IMG/VR virus record: IMGVR_UViG_3300036770_004428
Location: 1 to 64,000 of that record
Length of the DNA stretch: 64,000 nt
Origin: a virus
Reading direction: 5' to 3' (one strand)
Below are positions 8,057-17,366 of this stretch, one piece after another. The position numbers and the translations under genes are program-made. A model generated the notes under the pieces. That model was not told where the DNA came from. It saw only the letters and a program-made list of their open reading frames with translations, and ran no database searches. Numbering within the stretch: position 1 is the first letter of the stretch; the number at the start of each line of letters is the position of its first letter.

Positions 8057-10079
8057 AAGCCATCTCTATTATAACCGTACTTGTCGGTGTTTTTTCTATA
8101 GGTAAATTCATCTTACCTACCGCTACTAAATCAGTACCACTATAAACACCAACTTCAGAAATGTGAACGTTTTGACCACTATTTGCGTAGGTAGGGTTTA
8201 TTGAGGTATTAAATTGATTTGGTGGTATTGTAAAGTTAAACTTAGTTCTGTACTTAGTAGAGACACCTTTTGTCATAACATTACCATAAAAGAATTGCTC
8301 GTCACCAAATTGTAATAAATTAGGTTCAGATGTTAACGGTATATTAATAAAATTATCTAAATTATAAGTTGTTCCAGAATTAAGATATAAATTATTAGTT
8401 AAAAGGAAACTACTATTTTCCAAATTAACCTTATCTATTCTATTACCAACTGTATGACTATCGATGTATTGTGTCATATCAATTAAAGTCCAGTTATTAG
8501 GTATAGGGTTAGTCCCTATAGTTGTTCTTTGTGCTAACAAATATAATTTATCGGCGTACCATCCCGTACCACCAGTAGTACTTAAGAAAGGGAACTGACT
8601 AGAAGGGAATGTTAATCTTACAGCCTTTTTGTCTGTTGGTGCACAGTCTTCAGCTAATTCATCAAAATCAGCACATAAAATATAGTTACAATGTAATCCT
8701 GTAGTATACCCTGTGTTTGAAGCTAATAAATAAGTGATATAAATAGTTTGTGTACCATCGATAACACCATCCATACTACTTTCTAATGAACCATTAATTT
8801 TAGGTAAGGTCCAGTTTCTATTTGATTTATATGACATCGCTGAAACCAATTCTTGGTCATCGATTGTAAAAGTATGTAAATCGTGGAATACTCTACCAAC
8901 AGGGTTAGCAAATTCGTCCACTAAGTCGTAGTATTCTACATCAGTGTTAACACCATTTAATGTCACATATTTTGTAGTACCAGAACCTTTAAATACATGT
9001 CCGATAGATGTTCCTGTATATTCTCTATGCCACATCAAAGTTGGCATTACCAAACTTGGGTATTCGTCTGAGTCTGAATCTATATAAAATTTTTGACCTA
9101 GTTTCTTTTCGGTTTGATTATCACAACTTTGTGGATTACTAAAATGTATGATACCGATAGAGTTATACCAATTACAGAAAGTACTTGCTGTACTAGATTG
9201 TATTTCGGTAGTATAACCGTAATATTCTTTTGAACCTATATAATTCTCTGAACCATAACTTTCAAACCCTTCGTAGTTAGCTAAGTCTACCCCAGCTTGG
9301 TTGTATGACCAAACATTATTTAAATTCCAAACAGTTCCACCACTATAAAATCCATCATCAGAAAAAGTATTACCAGTTCCAGGATAAAAACTAACCCAAC
9401 AGAAATTAGCTCCTGTGTAGTTAGGGAAGTAAGCGAAATCTCTATCTAATTTAACAGTTAAAGTGTCTGCAGATAAAGCACCTGATTTATCCTGTACTTG
9501 ATACCAAAGATATGGTACAGGTGTATTTAATTCTATCGTATTTTGACTCAATGGTGATAGTAACTCATCATTACTCATCTTAACTAAAAGGAAGTCACCA
9601 TTTTTAGGTTCATATGTATTGGAACCATAAGTTCCTGATTGTCTAATTGGCACATACATCGTAGAACCCGTTAAACCACTTAACGGTATTATTGAATCAG
9701 CTTGATACAAATATTCGGTTGATGTTTGTGCTGTGTAACTAACACTTGTTCCTGTTGTACCAGTAACAAAAAACCCTAATTCAGGTGAGTTAATAATTGT
9801 TAGTATTATATTGTCTTGTAGTGTAGGTATATTAACATCTGGCACCACACTCGTTGTCGTTGGGAATAAAGGCGTTTTTAAATCGGGGTTATTTGATTTA
9901 GCTCTTAAAATGTTATTTAACGAAATATCATAACCACTACCTAAAGTAGTATAATCTATTTCTGAATCACCTAACCTAAAAGTATCAAAAGTTAATAATC
10001 CTTTAGACAATAATTGTCTACCTCTATCAGTAAGTCTCGCACTTATTACGACATTACTATTTTTATCTATATAACTCAC
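8046..10079 (-). CDS. baseplate/tail-collar fibre protein (DUF3751-like ends)
   Basis: N-terminal LTDRGRQLL..FRLGDSEIDY and C-terminal ISEVGVY..LVAVGKMNLPIEK; GTG start. Confidence 0.6.
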   Translation of the reverse strand: MSYIDKNSNVVISARLTDRGRQLLSKGLLTFDTFRLGDSEIDYTTLGSGYDISLNNILRAKSNNPDLKTPLFPTTTSVVPDVNIPTLQDNIILTIINSPELGFFVTGTTGTSVSYTAQTSTEYLYQADSIIPLSGLTGSTMYVPIRQSGTYGSNTYEPKNGDFLLVKMSNDELLSPLSQNTIELNTPVPYLWYQVQDKSGALSADTLTVKLDRDFAYFPNYTGANFCWVSFYPGTGNTFSDDGFYSGGTVWNLNNVWSYNQAGVDLANYEGFESYGSENYIGSKEYYGYTTEIQSSTASTFCNWYNSIGIIHFSNPQSCDNQTEKKLGQKFYIDSDSDEYPSLVMPTLMWHREYTGTSIGHVFKGSGTTKYVTLNGVNTDVEYYDLVDEFANPVGRVFHDLHTFTIDDQELVSAMSYKSNRNWTLPKINGSLESSMDGVIDGTQTIYITYLLASNTGYTTGLHCNYILCADFDELAEDCAPTDKKAVRLTFPSSQFPFLSTTGGTGWYADKLYLLAQRTTIGTNPIPNNWTLIDMTQYIDSHTVGNRIDKVNLENSSFLLTNNLYLNSGTTYNLDNFINIPLTSEPNLLQFGDEQFFYGNVMTKGVSTKYRTKFNFTIPPNQFNTSINPTYANSGQNVHISEVGVYSGTDLVAVGKMNLPIEKTPTSTVIIEMAFDL

Positions 10080-10095
10080 TTTCTTTTATTTTTTA

Positions 10096-10104
10096 TATAA
10101 ATAT
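10096..10104 (-). promoter_or_regulatory. putative late promoter motif ATATTTATA
   Basis: Motif recurs just upstream of structural genes; here about 17 nt before the start at 10079. Confidence 0.55.
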
Positions 10105-10113
10105 GTTATTGTT

Positions 10114-13100
10114 TTAATTTACAAAGAATTGTTTTCTTAATTTTTCTATTGCTGTTTTACCAGGGGTCAATCCAAAATAATAATAAGGTATGTTTTTACT
10201 ACCATTATGTGACACACCAGGGCCAGTCTCCATAATTTGTACGTCCTGTCCTGACCAAAGTAAAGGGGGTTGATTACAATTTACTCCCGTACTACCTCCA
10301 CAAGGACTAAACCTTTGAGCTATTAAATTATCAAAAAGGTAACCACTTATGATTGGCCCATCTTCGTCTTCATCACCACCAGCATCTACTGTACCAGGTG
10401 AGAATTGTTCTAAGTCTGTGTTTATATCTGTTTGTACTGTTACAATGTCAGTATAAATTTTTGAAACCTCTTTAACCCATTGATAAGCAAAATCTTCCAA
10501 TTCTTTTTCGTGGCAACCACTTCCACCTTTAAATAATTTACCAATCTTACAATTTTTAAGATTTAATAACCATCTGATTACATCTTCTGGGCTTTGGTAA
10601 CTAGTAGGCCCCATGTTTTGTGACCAAAAATTAGGATCCCATCCTTCTTCATAAAATGTTCCTGTAAAGAAACCTGGGTTTTGTTTATATAAATCAAAAA
10701 CAGAATTGTTAGCGTTTATGGCCTTTTCTATATCATTTAAAGTGTCTGGACACATTTCTACTCTACCTAAAGAAACTATTTTAGTTGAGTTGTAGGCGTT
10801 ACAATAAATGTTATCTTGTATATCTGTGGCTCCATTACCACAAGAATAGTTACCACATTGTCCATTTACTGTTGCGTTATGCCAATCTTTATGATAATCT
10901 TCTATGTTACTATAGTTTTTGTCTGAAGTTCCAGGTCCTTTAACTAAACATTTTCTACACTCATTGTTAGGGTCTTCGTCATGTGGACAACATTTATTTT
11001 TATGATAGTTATTACCACCCTTAGTATCAGAACCAGGTCCACAAAATTTCTCTTTTTTAACTAATTGTCCCTGTTTTTTTCTTATTTTAGCTTTGTACTT
11101 ATACTGGAACATGTATGCCGAACCAACCAACCAAGCGTCAAATAATGACCTTCTAATGACGTTCCTTTCTTCAGCTAATTCAAGTATTCTACAACATAAC
11201 CATTGTTGTATTAATTGTAATGCAGTACAGTTATCTTGTGATGCAACAAAACCATAAGCCTTTATACACACTGTATCATCATAACAAGCACTACCAGGGT
11301 CACTAGCATTACCAGGACAACCACAAACATCTTCAAAACAAACAAAGGATGTACAAGTACCAAATGAACCACCGTTACAATTTTGTCCACTATTACAAGA
11401 AAATGATCCAGCACAAGGTGGTCCACTTCCAGCACCACATAAATCACCACCTGAGTCCGTTCTAAGACAAAATATAGCATCATCACCACAAGAAAGAGTA
11501 AAACCTCTAGCATCGTTAGGACATGGTCCTGCTAAACCAGCACAATAATCTTCATCAGGTTCATCACAAAATCTACCTAGTATACCACCAATCCATCCAA
11601 AAGGTACGACTCTAATAACTCGATAAAATCTGGCCAAACAAATAGTGTTACCAAAAATTGTAAAACTTAAATTAAACCCTAGGTAAAACCCAAATTCTAA
11701 TGTTAAAAGAATAACAAAGAACTTAATAAAGGCAGCACCAATTTGTAAAAAGAAAGAACCTAGTGCGAATATAAAATCAGCCTTTCTAACTGCTGTATTA
11801 AAGGGTAATGGATTATTTGAAGCACCTTCTTTGTCGGTATTTTTTAGACCTAACCAACTCCACCTACTAGCACCTTTTTTATATTTTTTAATAAATTGTG
11901 AAATGGTGTATAATTGTTTCCACTCAAAAGTGTGAAAATCTTTATTTATATCTTTATAACTATAAACATTATCTGTAAATCTTTGGTCTTCGGTACCATT
12001 AATATCGTTAACATTACCAGTTGAGCTGTATCCACCAGTACCGCCGTGTTCTCTAGATAAACTAGGTATTATTAGGTTAGCCGTTCTTCTTTTAATGTTA
12101 GCGGGAGCTTCAGTAAAAGATAGTTTCATTCTATAAGCACCTTTTGTAGGTAAACCTATTTCAGGGTCTTGTGATGGCACTAAATTACCAAACTCATCTG
12201 TTACCACACGACCCACATTCATAGGGAGTGTTACAACAAAAGTCCCATCATCATCGATGACATCACCACCATTAATATCAAAGTATTCTAATTCTACTGG
12301 GACAACATCTTGTGTGTTAACCCATTGTACAGGGTCTATTTTTTTGGCTCTAATAAAATTAATTGTTCCAGCACCAGTTCTTAACTCATCTAATTCACCC
12401 ATTTTGTTTCTAGGGTTACATCTTTTATTTATAGAATTCTTTTCTTTATCTGAAAAAATAGAACCCATAAAAAGAGCTGTAGTCTCTAATTCAACGTTAG
12501 TATCGATATCTAATCTAGTTATACCTATTTCACAACTTTCAGGGTCACCCCAAAAAGGTATTACGTCTACAGATTGATTACTAGATTTTATCTGTGGTAA
12601 AGAGTCTAGGTTGGTTGAAACTTTAAATTTAGAATAACTTTCAAAGAAACCTTCTGGGGCACCTTGTGAAATTAAATCATATGGTCTAATACTTAATAAA
12701 CCAGCATCACTTAAATCAACGTCCATGTGAAGTATTCTTTGTCCTACAGGTACACCAAAAAGCATATAGTCACCAGAACTGTTAGTTTTTGTTGTGTATT
12801 TGTAGTATTTGTCAAATACTTCAATTACTATATCATTATTTAATAAAGTTTCTTTATCGGGAAAAGTACCTACAGGTTTATTCAATTCACAAGTGGTTCT
12901 ACTTAAAAGTAGATTATACCTTATATTGTTACTATCTTTATCCGTTACTGTTTTGTAAGGATATAGGTCTTTTATTAATTCATTATTTTCATCCTCACTT
13001 GTTATGGGTATGAAGATTGAAACTTTGGCGTTAGGTACACCAAAACCTTTGTTGGCCAAAACTCTACCAACGACTACACCATAATTAGAACATGGGTTAG

Positions 13101-13236
13101 TATAAACATCTTCTTGTGATATTTTTAAACTTAAAACTTCTAAAAAATCAAAATTCTGTTCTAATTTTAAATTTAAATGTTTGTCTGTACCACCAGGTGT
13201 TGTAGATAATCTAATAGATTTGCTTAATTCTGCCAT
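10114..13236 (-). CDS. large Cys-rich structural protein with prealbumin/carboxypeptidase-regulatory-like domain and hydrophobic segment
   Basis: YGVVVGRV..GVPNAKVSIF..TNSSGDYMLFGVPVG; hydrophobic stretch FIFALGSFFLQIGAAFIKFFVILLTL followed by a Cys-dense region. Confidence 0.55.
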   Translation of the reverse strand: MAELSKSIRLSTTPGGTDKHLNLKLEQNFDFLEVLSLKISQEDVYTNPCSNYGVVVGRVLANKGFGVPNAKVSIFIPITSEDENNELIKDLYPYKTVTDKDSNNIRYNLLLSRTTCELNKPVGTFPDKETLLNNDIVIEVFDKYYKYTTKTNSSGDYMLFGVPVGQRILHMDVDLSDAGLLSIRPYDLISQGAPEGFFESYSKFKVSTNLDSLPQIKSSNQSVDVIPFWGDPESCEIGITRLDIDTNVELETTALFMGSIFSDKEKNSINKRCNPRNKMGELDELRTGAGTINFIRAKKIDPVQWVNTQDVVPVELEYFDINGGDVIDDDGTFVVTLPMNVGRVVTDEFGNLVPSQDPEIGLPTKGAYRMKLSFTEAPANIKRRTANLIIPSLSREHGGTGGYSSTGNVNDINGTEDQRFTDNVYSYKDINKDFHTFEWKQLYTISQFIKKYKKGASRWSWLGLKNTDKEGASNNPLPFNTAVRKADFIFALGSFFLQIGAAFIKFFVILLTLEFGFYLGFNLSFTIFGNTICLARFYRVIRVVPFGWIGGILGRFCDEPDEDYCAGLAGPCPNDARGFTLSCGDDAIFCLRTDSGGDLCGAGSGPPCAGSFSCNSGQNCNGGSFGTCTSFVCFEDVCGCPGNASDPGSACYDDTVCIKAYGFVASQDNCTALQLIQQWLCCRILELAEERNVIRRSLFDAWLVGSAYMFQYKYKAKIRKKQGQLVKKEKFCGPGSDTKGGNNYHKNKCCPHDEDPNNECRKCLVKGPGTSDKNYSNIEDYHKDWHNATVNGQCGNYSCGNGATDIQDNIYCNAYNSTKIVSLGRVEMCPDTLNDIEKAINANNSVFDLYKQNPGFFTGTFYEEGWDPNFWSQNMGPTSYQSPEDVIRWLLNLKNCKIGKLFKGGSGCHEKELEDFAYQWVKEVSKIYTDIVTVQTDINTDLEQFSPGTVDAGGDEDEDGPIISGYLFDNLIAQRFSPCGGSTGVNCNQPPLLWSGQDVQIMETGPGVSHNGSKNIPYYYFGLTPGKTAIEKLRKQFFVN

Positions 13237-14786
13237 TAATAACCATATATTATTTTATCGTTCTTAGTATTAAAATAACCAATAACTTCTGAACTTGTTA
13301 TAATATCTTCATTCAAAATATTTTTATACGTTTGGTTAAAAATGACTCTAAATTTATAGTTTTTATTAACGTTTAGGTTGTAAACAATTTCGTTATACAC
13401 ACCACTATCGTTATTATAATCAATGACATTACTATAAAATAAACTAGTCCAATTAATATCGGATGTTTCTGTCACTTCTAACACAAACTCTCCAGTACAA
13501 TAATTTTGTTGTGAAAGTCTATCAACCTTCCAATTTATATTCACAAAATTTTTATCTAAAGTACCTAAGTCGTTTTGATTATTTAATATATCTTTAAAAT
13601 ACCAAAAAGAAAGTATATCACCGACTTTAATGGTTGTGAAATTAGGGTTAAAGATTATTTTATTAGGTGTACTCACACTTCTGTAATACTCAAGTCCTTC
13701 TGATAATGTAACCCCATTAATTACAACAACTATGTTGGAATTAGGGTCAAAATTATTAGTCAAGAATACTTCTTGTGTACCTTTTACAGTATTATTATTT
13801 ACAATATTGTTAGTGGAAGCACTAATATTTGTTGTAAATCCAGTCACCATAAAAGTATCTATTTCAAAAACATCATTTCTATTTATACCATAAGCTGTTA
13901 AAAAGGCTTGTGGACCAATTAAATATACTATAGTAATGACATCTTCTCTCTCTATATTACCACTTGTAATTGTAACAATAGGATAAGTACTAGGGTATTG
14001 TGAATTATCTAAATAATAGTCTAAGTTTTCTGTTAACCTAATTCCATTAACATATAAATTAATCTTATTACCTATCGGTTGGTTTGATAATTTTATAAAA
14101 TTTAAATAATTACTTCCTTGTATAGTTTCTTGAAATAAACTTATTTTGTCTATAGCTGTGTCAACATTTTTTACAATTGCTGGTGTCGGTGGGTTTTTAA
14201 CTGTAATGAAATACCAATCGTAATCGAAATTAAAATTATTTAATTGCGTAACACTAGACCAAGTATCAACTTCTTTTTTAACACATTCTTTAGGTGTAAA
14301 TTTATAATAACTCCTAAGCATATAGTCATTATTACTAAAGTTTAATTTACTTGCCGATAAAACCTCTGTAATTGTCGATGAGGTTATTCCACTAAAATCT
14401 TTACAAGCCGAATAAGCCGGACTTATAGTATTTAAAATTCTTGTAGGAGTTTTTACTGTAAAATATTCTCTATTATATATGTTATAACAAAACTGTCCTG
14501 TATAACCAGTATAATCAGTAGAACCAGTAAAAATGAAATTTAAATTAAAATCATCTACTTCAGATAAGTTATAAACAGCATAACAATTTGTGGGTGTACC
14601 TGAACAAGGTGATGTAGCACCTGTTATGGCTTTAGTGGCACCACTTAAATCATAGGTTGGTCCATTAAAGGGTTCTATACAAAAACTAGTTGTAGAATTT
14701 ACATTATAGATATTACTTAAACCAAAATCCCTATTCAATGGGTTTTCTAAGTATTTATCTTCTTTTATTTTACACAAAAAACCCAT
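13236..14786 (-). CDS. structural protein with two beta-sandwich repeats
   Basis: Two copies of (V/I)NG..L....(D/E)YY....I.......D.(I/L)...Y, a pattern typical of phage tail proteins. Confidence 0.55.
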   Translation of the reverse strand: MGFLCKIKEDKYLENPLNRDFGLSNIYNVNSTTSFCIEPFNGPTYDLSGATKAITGATSPCSGTPTNCYAVYNLSEVDDFNLNFIFTGSTDYTGYTGQFCYNIYNREYFTVKTPTRILNTISPAYSACKDFSGITSSTITEVLSASKLNFSNNDYMLRSYYKFTPKECVKKEVDTWSSVTQLNNFNFDYDWYFITVKNPPTPAIVKNVDTAIDKISLFQETIQGSNYLNFIKLSNQPIGNKINLYVNGIRLTENLDYYLDNSQYPSTYPIVTITSGNIEREDVITIVYLIGPQAFLTAYGINRNDVFEIDTFMVTGFTTNISASTNNIVNNNTVKGTQEVFLTNNFDPNSNIVVVINGVTLSEGLEYYRSVSTPNKIIFNPNFTTIKVGDILSFWYFKDILNNQNDLGTLDKNFVNINWKVDRLSQQNYCTGEFVLEVTETSDINWTSLFYSNVIDYNNDSGVYNEIVYNLNVNKNYKFRVIFNQTYKNILNEDIITSSEVIGYFNTKNDKIIYGY

Positions 14787-15328
14787 TATTCAATAATTAT
14801 TTCTGCTGGTTGTAATTTATTTAAATAAATTTTCTTATTATTTAATTTTGTTAATGGGTCATCAATGATAGAAGGTTCTATTATTGTATTACCCGGTTCT
14901 TTTGCCGTAGGAATAATAGTCACGTTTGGTGTTGAAATAGGCCCTCCTGCTGTAGTCCCGTAGTCTAATGGTGTAAACTCATTGTTACTACCGTTATTGG
15001 GTCCATTATTAGGTTCATAATTAGTTGACTGATTAGAACTTAATGGTCCGTGATTAAATATATTAAAGTTTGGTATTGTAGTTACATCACCCTCAACAAA
15101 CTCAAAATCAAAATCACACTCCTCATATTCCGTACATATTAAGTCTGGTCTATTACACCACCTTTCCCCAGCGACAAATATTGTAGTTGCTGGTACAAAT
15201 TGTTCAACAAACTGCACCCAAAATCCTTGGAAAGTTTTCTTATAATTTTCTAATTGTAATAAGTCAACTTTTTTACCACATCTATTAAAGTCTGCCTTTA
15301 CAGTTACTATTTGGGTACTTCCGGTCAT
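14786..15328 (-). CDS. probable C-terminal piece of a baseplate wedge (gp7/P2 gpI-like) protein
   Basis: FWVQFVEQFVPATTIF resembles the C-terminal PA(H/T) motif of gpI/gp48-type wedge proteins. Confidence 0.5.
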   Translation of the reverse strand: MTGSTQIVTVKADFNRCGKKVDLLQLENYKKTFQGFWVQFVEQFVPATTIFVAGERWCNRPDLICTEYEECDFDFEFVEGDVTTIPNFNIFNHGPLSSNQSTNYEPNNGPNNGSNNEFTPLDYGTTAGGPISTPNVTIIPTAKEPGNTIIEPSIIDDPLTKLNNKKIYLNKLQPAEIIIE

Positions 15329-15336
15329 ATCTTAAT

Positions 15337-15597
15337 TTATTCCTTAGGTGTTAAACCAACAATAGTATCTCTAACCGTTGGTTCAACTATAACGGGTGCC
15401 TCATACTTATCTTCCTCTAATAATCCGTTGTGTACCTTTAAAAGTAAACTATCATTACTTTCATTTTCTTCACCTTCAAAATCTACTCTGTAGATAAAAC
15501 CAGATTCATCAGAAACTAAAACAATCCAAGTTCCGTTTTCAAAAGTTGCTCTAACTACATTAGTTTTAGCAATTTCTTCATTAGTTAATTTTGCCAT
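15337..15597 (-). CDS. small hypothetical protein (fibre cassette)
   Basis: 86-aa ORF with an A-rich leader. Confidence 0.55.
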   Translation of the reverse strand: MAKLTNEEIAKTNVVRATFENGTWIVLVSDESGFIYRVDFEGEENESNDSLLLKVHNGLLEEDKYEAPVIVEPTVRDTIVGLTPKE

Positions 15598-15612
15598 TTT
15601 TTTTATTTTTTT

Positions 15613-15789
15613 TTATTTATTATTTACCATATTAATAAAGTTATCCCAAATCAATTTTTCATCTGATGATAAATCAACGTAATTAATTATTTGTTGTGAT
15701 GATGGTAATATATCTGTACCATATTGTATCACTAACCTAGTTTCAGGTGCGTTATTTATTTGTAAAATAACTTGTTGTAAATCCTCCAT
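15613..15789 (-). CDS. 58-aa protein, possible fibre/tailspike assembly chaperone (not in ORF track)
   Basis: Manual translation MEDLQQVILQINNAPETRLVIQYG...LSSDEKLIWDNFINMVNNK*; A-rich leader; lies directly after the tailspike gene. Confidence 0.6.
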   Translation of the reverse strand: MEDLQQVILQINNAPETRLVIQYGTDILPSSQQIINYVDLSSDEKLIWDNFINMVNNK

Positions 15790-15807
15790 TTTTTTTTATT
15801 TTTATCT

Positions 15808-17328
15808 TTATATTATTATATTACCTTGTGTATCACCAGAATTAACAATTCCTTGTGTTATGTTAGAGTTAATCGCTGGGGAAGCACTTGTTCTTAAAAC
15901 TAAATTAGCGTATTTTACAGTTATTGGTGCTGTCGTATATAAACATTCAGCTGAATTTCTAACACTTAATGATCCACCCATTATAGAAATATTGTTATTA
16001 CCACTAACTTGGCAAGCATATCCACTAACACCTGAAATTCCTGATGAAGATTGTAAATTTTTAACAACCAATATACCTGTACCTGTAGCGGATAAAAAAG
16101 ACCCAATATCACTAATAGATTCGGCAACAACATTTTGTAATGAACTATAAACACCGTTAGTTGGTACTGTAGCTTGTAGTCCTATTGAACTATAGGAATA
16201 TCCTAAAATGTTTGATGCGAAAAGGACATTTTGTAACGACATACCTAAAGAAGAACTAGAATAACCCTTACAGTCTTCTATTAATGATGCTGAAGAACTT
16301 ATACCTATATTACCAGCACTATACCCAACACATGATTGCATTCTATTTAAATTTGAAGCGTAGATACCTGCTTGTGCCAAGGAATAACCTTTAGAATTTA
16401 TTAAAACACCACCCAAACTAGGCATTAACATACCAATACCAAATCCAGAACCTTCACTTCTACCAATACTATCATAAACTTCTGAAGTGGTTGTACTACA
16501 ATAGATACCTGTATCAATTGTGGCTATAGCATTGGTGGAATAAATTTTTCCACTATTAACTATACCTCTAGTGTATGCATTAACTATAGCACCCTTAATA
16601 ATACCAACATTGTTAATACCAGTAGTACTACTTGTTTTAAAATAAACACCACTAGTTTCAATAGATGAACTAGAGTTTTGTACATATAAACAAAGTGAAG
16701 ACGTGTCGTCCACATATGTAGAACCAGACCTACTAATAACACCGTTATAAATCTTACAATTAACTGCCACATTGTTATCATCTAGACAATTATCTGAAGA
16801 AGACTGACTTAATGTGTATGTATAACCATTCATATTTAAATTAACACCATCTTTTAAAATCACAGTTGTGGCTGAAGTTTCTGTCACATCAGCGAACATT
16901 TGTATTGTATCACCTGCTGTTGCCGCATTTATTGCACTTTGTAATGTAGAATAATAAGTGTATGAACCTGTACTATCAGAAATACCAAAAACACCAAAAG
17001 AAGATGTTGTTGTTGTGGCAGTAACTATGGTTCCGTTAGAATCTATACCTAAACTAAAAACAGATGTACCTGTACCAAAATTATTAATAGTTATATCAGG
17101 ACAACCATATAAATTACTAACATATAAATCATTTATACATGTAGCTAAAGTATTACCTGTAAAAGAACCCCCACCAGTACCACCAGTAAATAAAGGTGAT
17201 AATAAAGATAGTGGTGCTTTATATGAAGAACCCGCTGGATCTTGTGATAAATCATTTGTATTAACAACGTGTATAAAGGTTTGGTTTAATGTTACCCCAG
17301 TTGCCGTACTTCTTTGTGTTAATTTCAT
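15808..17328 (-). CDS. tailspike/fibre with right-handed beta-helix (pectin-lyase-like)
   Basis: YSTLQSAINAATAGDTIQM beta-helix cap followed by Gly/Ser/Asn-rich repeats (GYS...GI); short N-terminal anchor motif. Confidence 0.7.
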   Translation of the reverse strand: MKLTQRSTATGVTLNQTFIHVVNTNDLSQDPAGSSYKAPLSLLSPLFTGGTGGGSFTGNTLATCINDLYVSNLYGCPDITINNFGTGTSVFSLGIDSNGTIVTATTTTSSFGVFGISDSTGSYTYYSTLQSAINAATAGDTIQMFADVTETSATTVILKDGVNLNMNGYTYTLSQSSSDNCLDDNNVAVNCKIYNGVISRSGSTYVDDTSSLCLYVQNSSSSIETSGVYFKTSSTTGINNVGIIKGAIVNAYTRGIVNSGKIYSTNAIATIDTGIYCSTTTSEVYDSIGRSEGSGFGIGMLMPSLGGVLINSKGYSLAQAGIYASNLNRMQSCVGYSAGNIGISSSASLIEDCKGYSSSSLGMSLQNVLFASNILGYSYSSIGLQATVPTNGVYSSLQNVVAESISDIGSFLSATGTGILVVKNLQSSSGISGVSGYACQVSGNNNISIMGGSLSVRNSAECLYTTAPITVKYANLVLRTSASPAINSNITQGIVNSGDTQGNIII

Positions 17329-17343
17329 TTTTTATTTTTTATT

Positions 17344-17352
17344 TATAAATAT
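17344..17352 (-). promoter_or_regulatory. putative late promoter motif ATATTTATA
   Basis: About 16 nt upstream of the tailspike start. Confidence 0.55.
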
Positions 17353-17366
17353 TATCTCACTCTATT

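Noticed and set aside
11262-16781. Same-strand alternative-frame ORFs 11262-11513 and 16584-16781
   Set aside because: Val/Leu-rich frame artefacts of Gly/Cys/Ser-rich codons in the host genes; no slippery site or initiation signal seen
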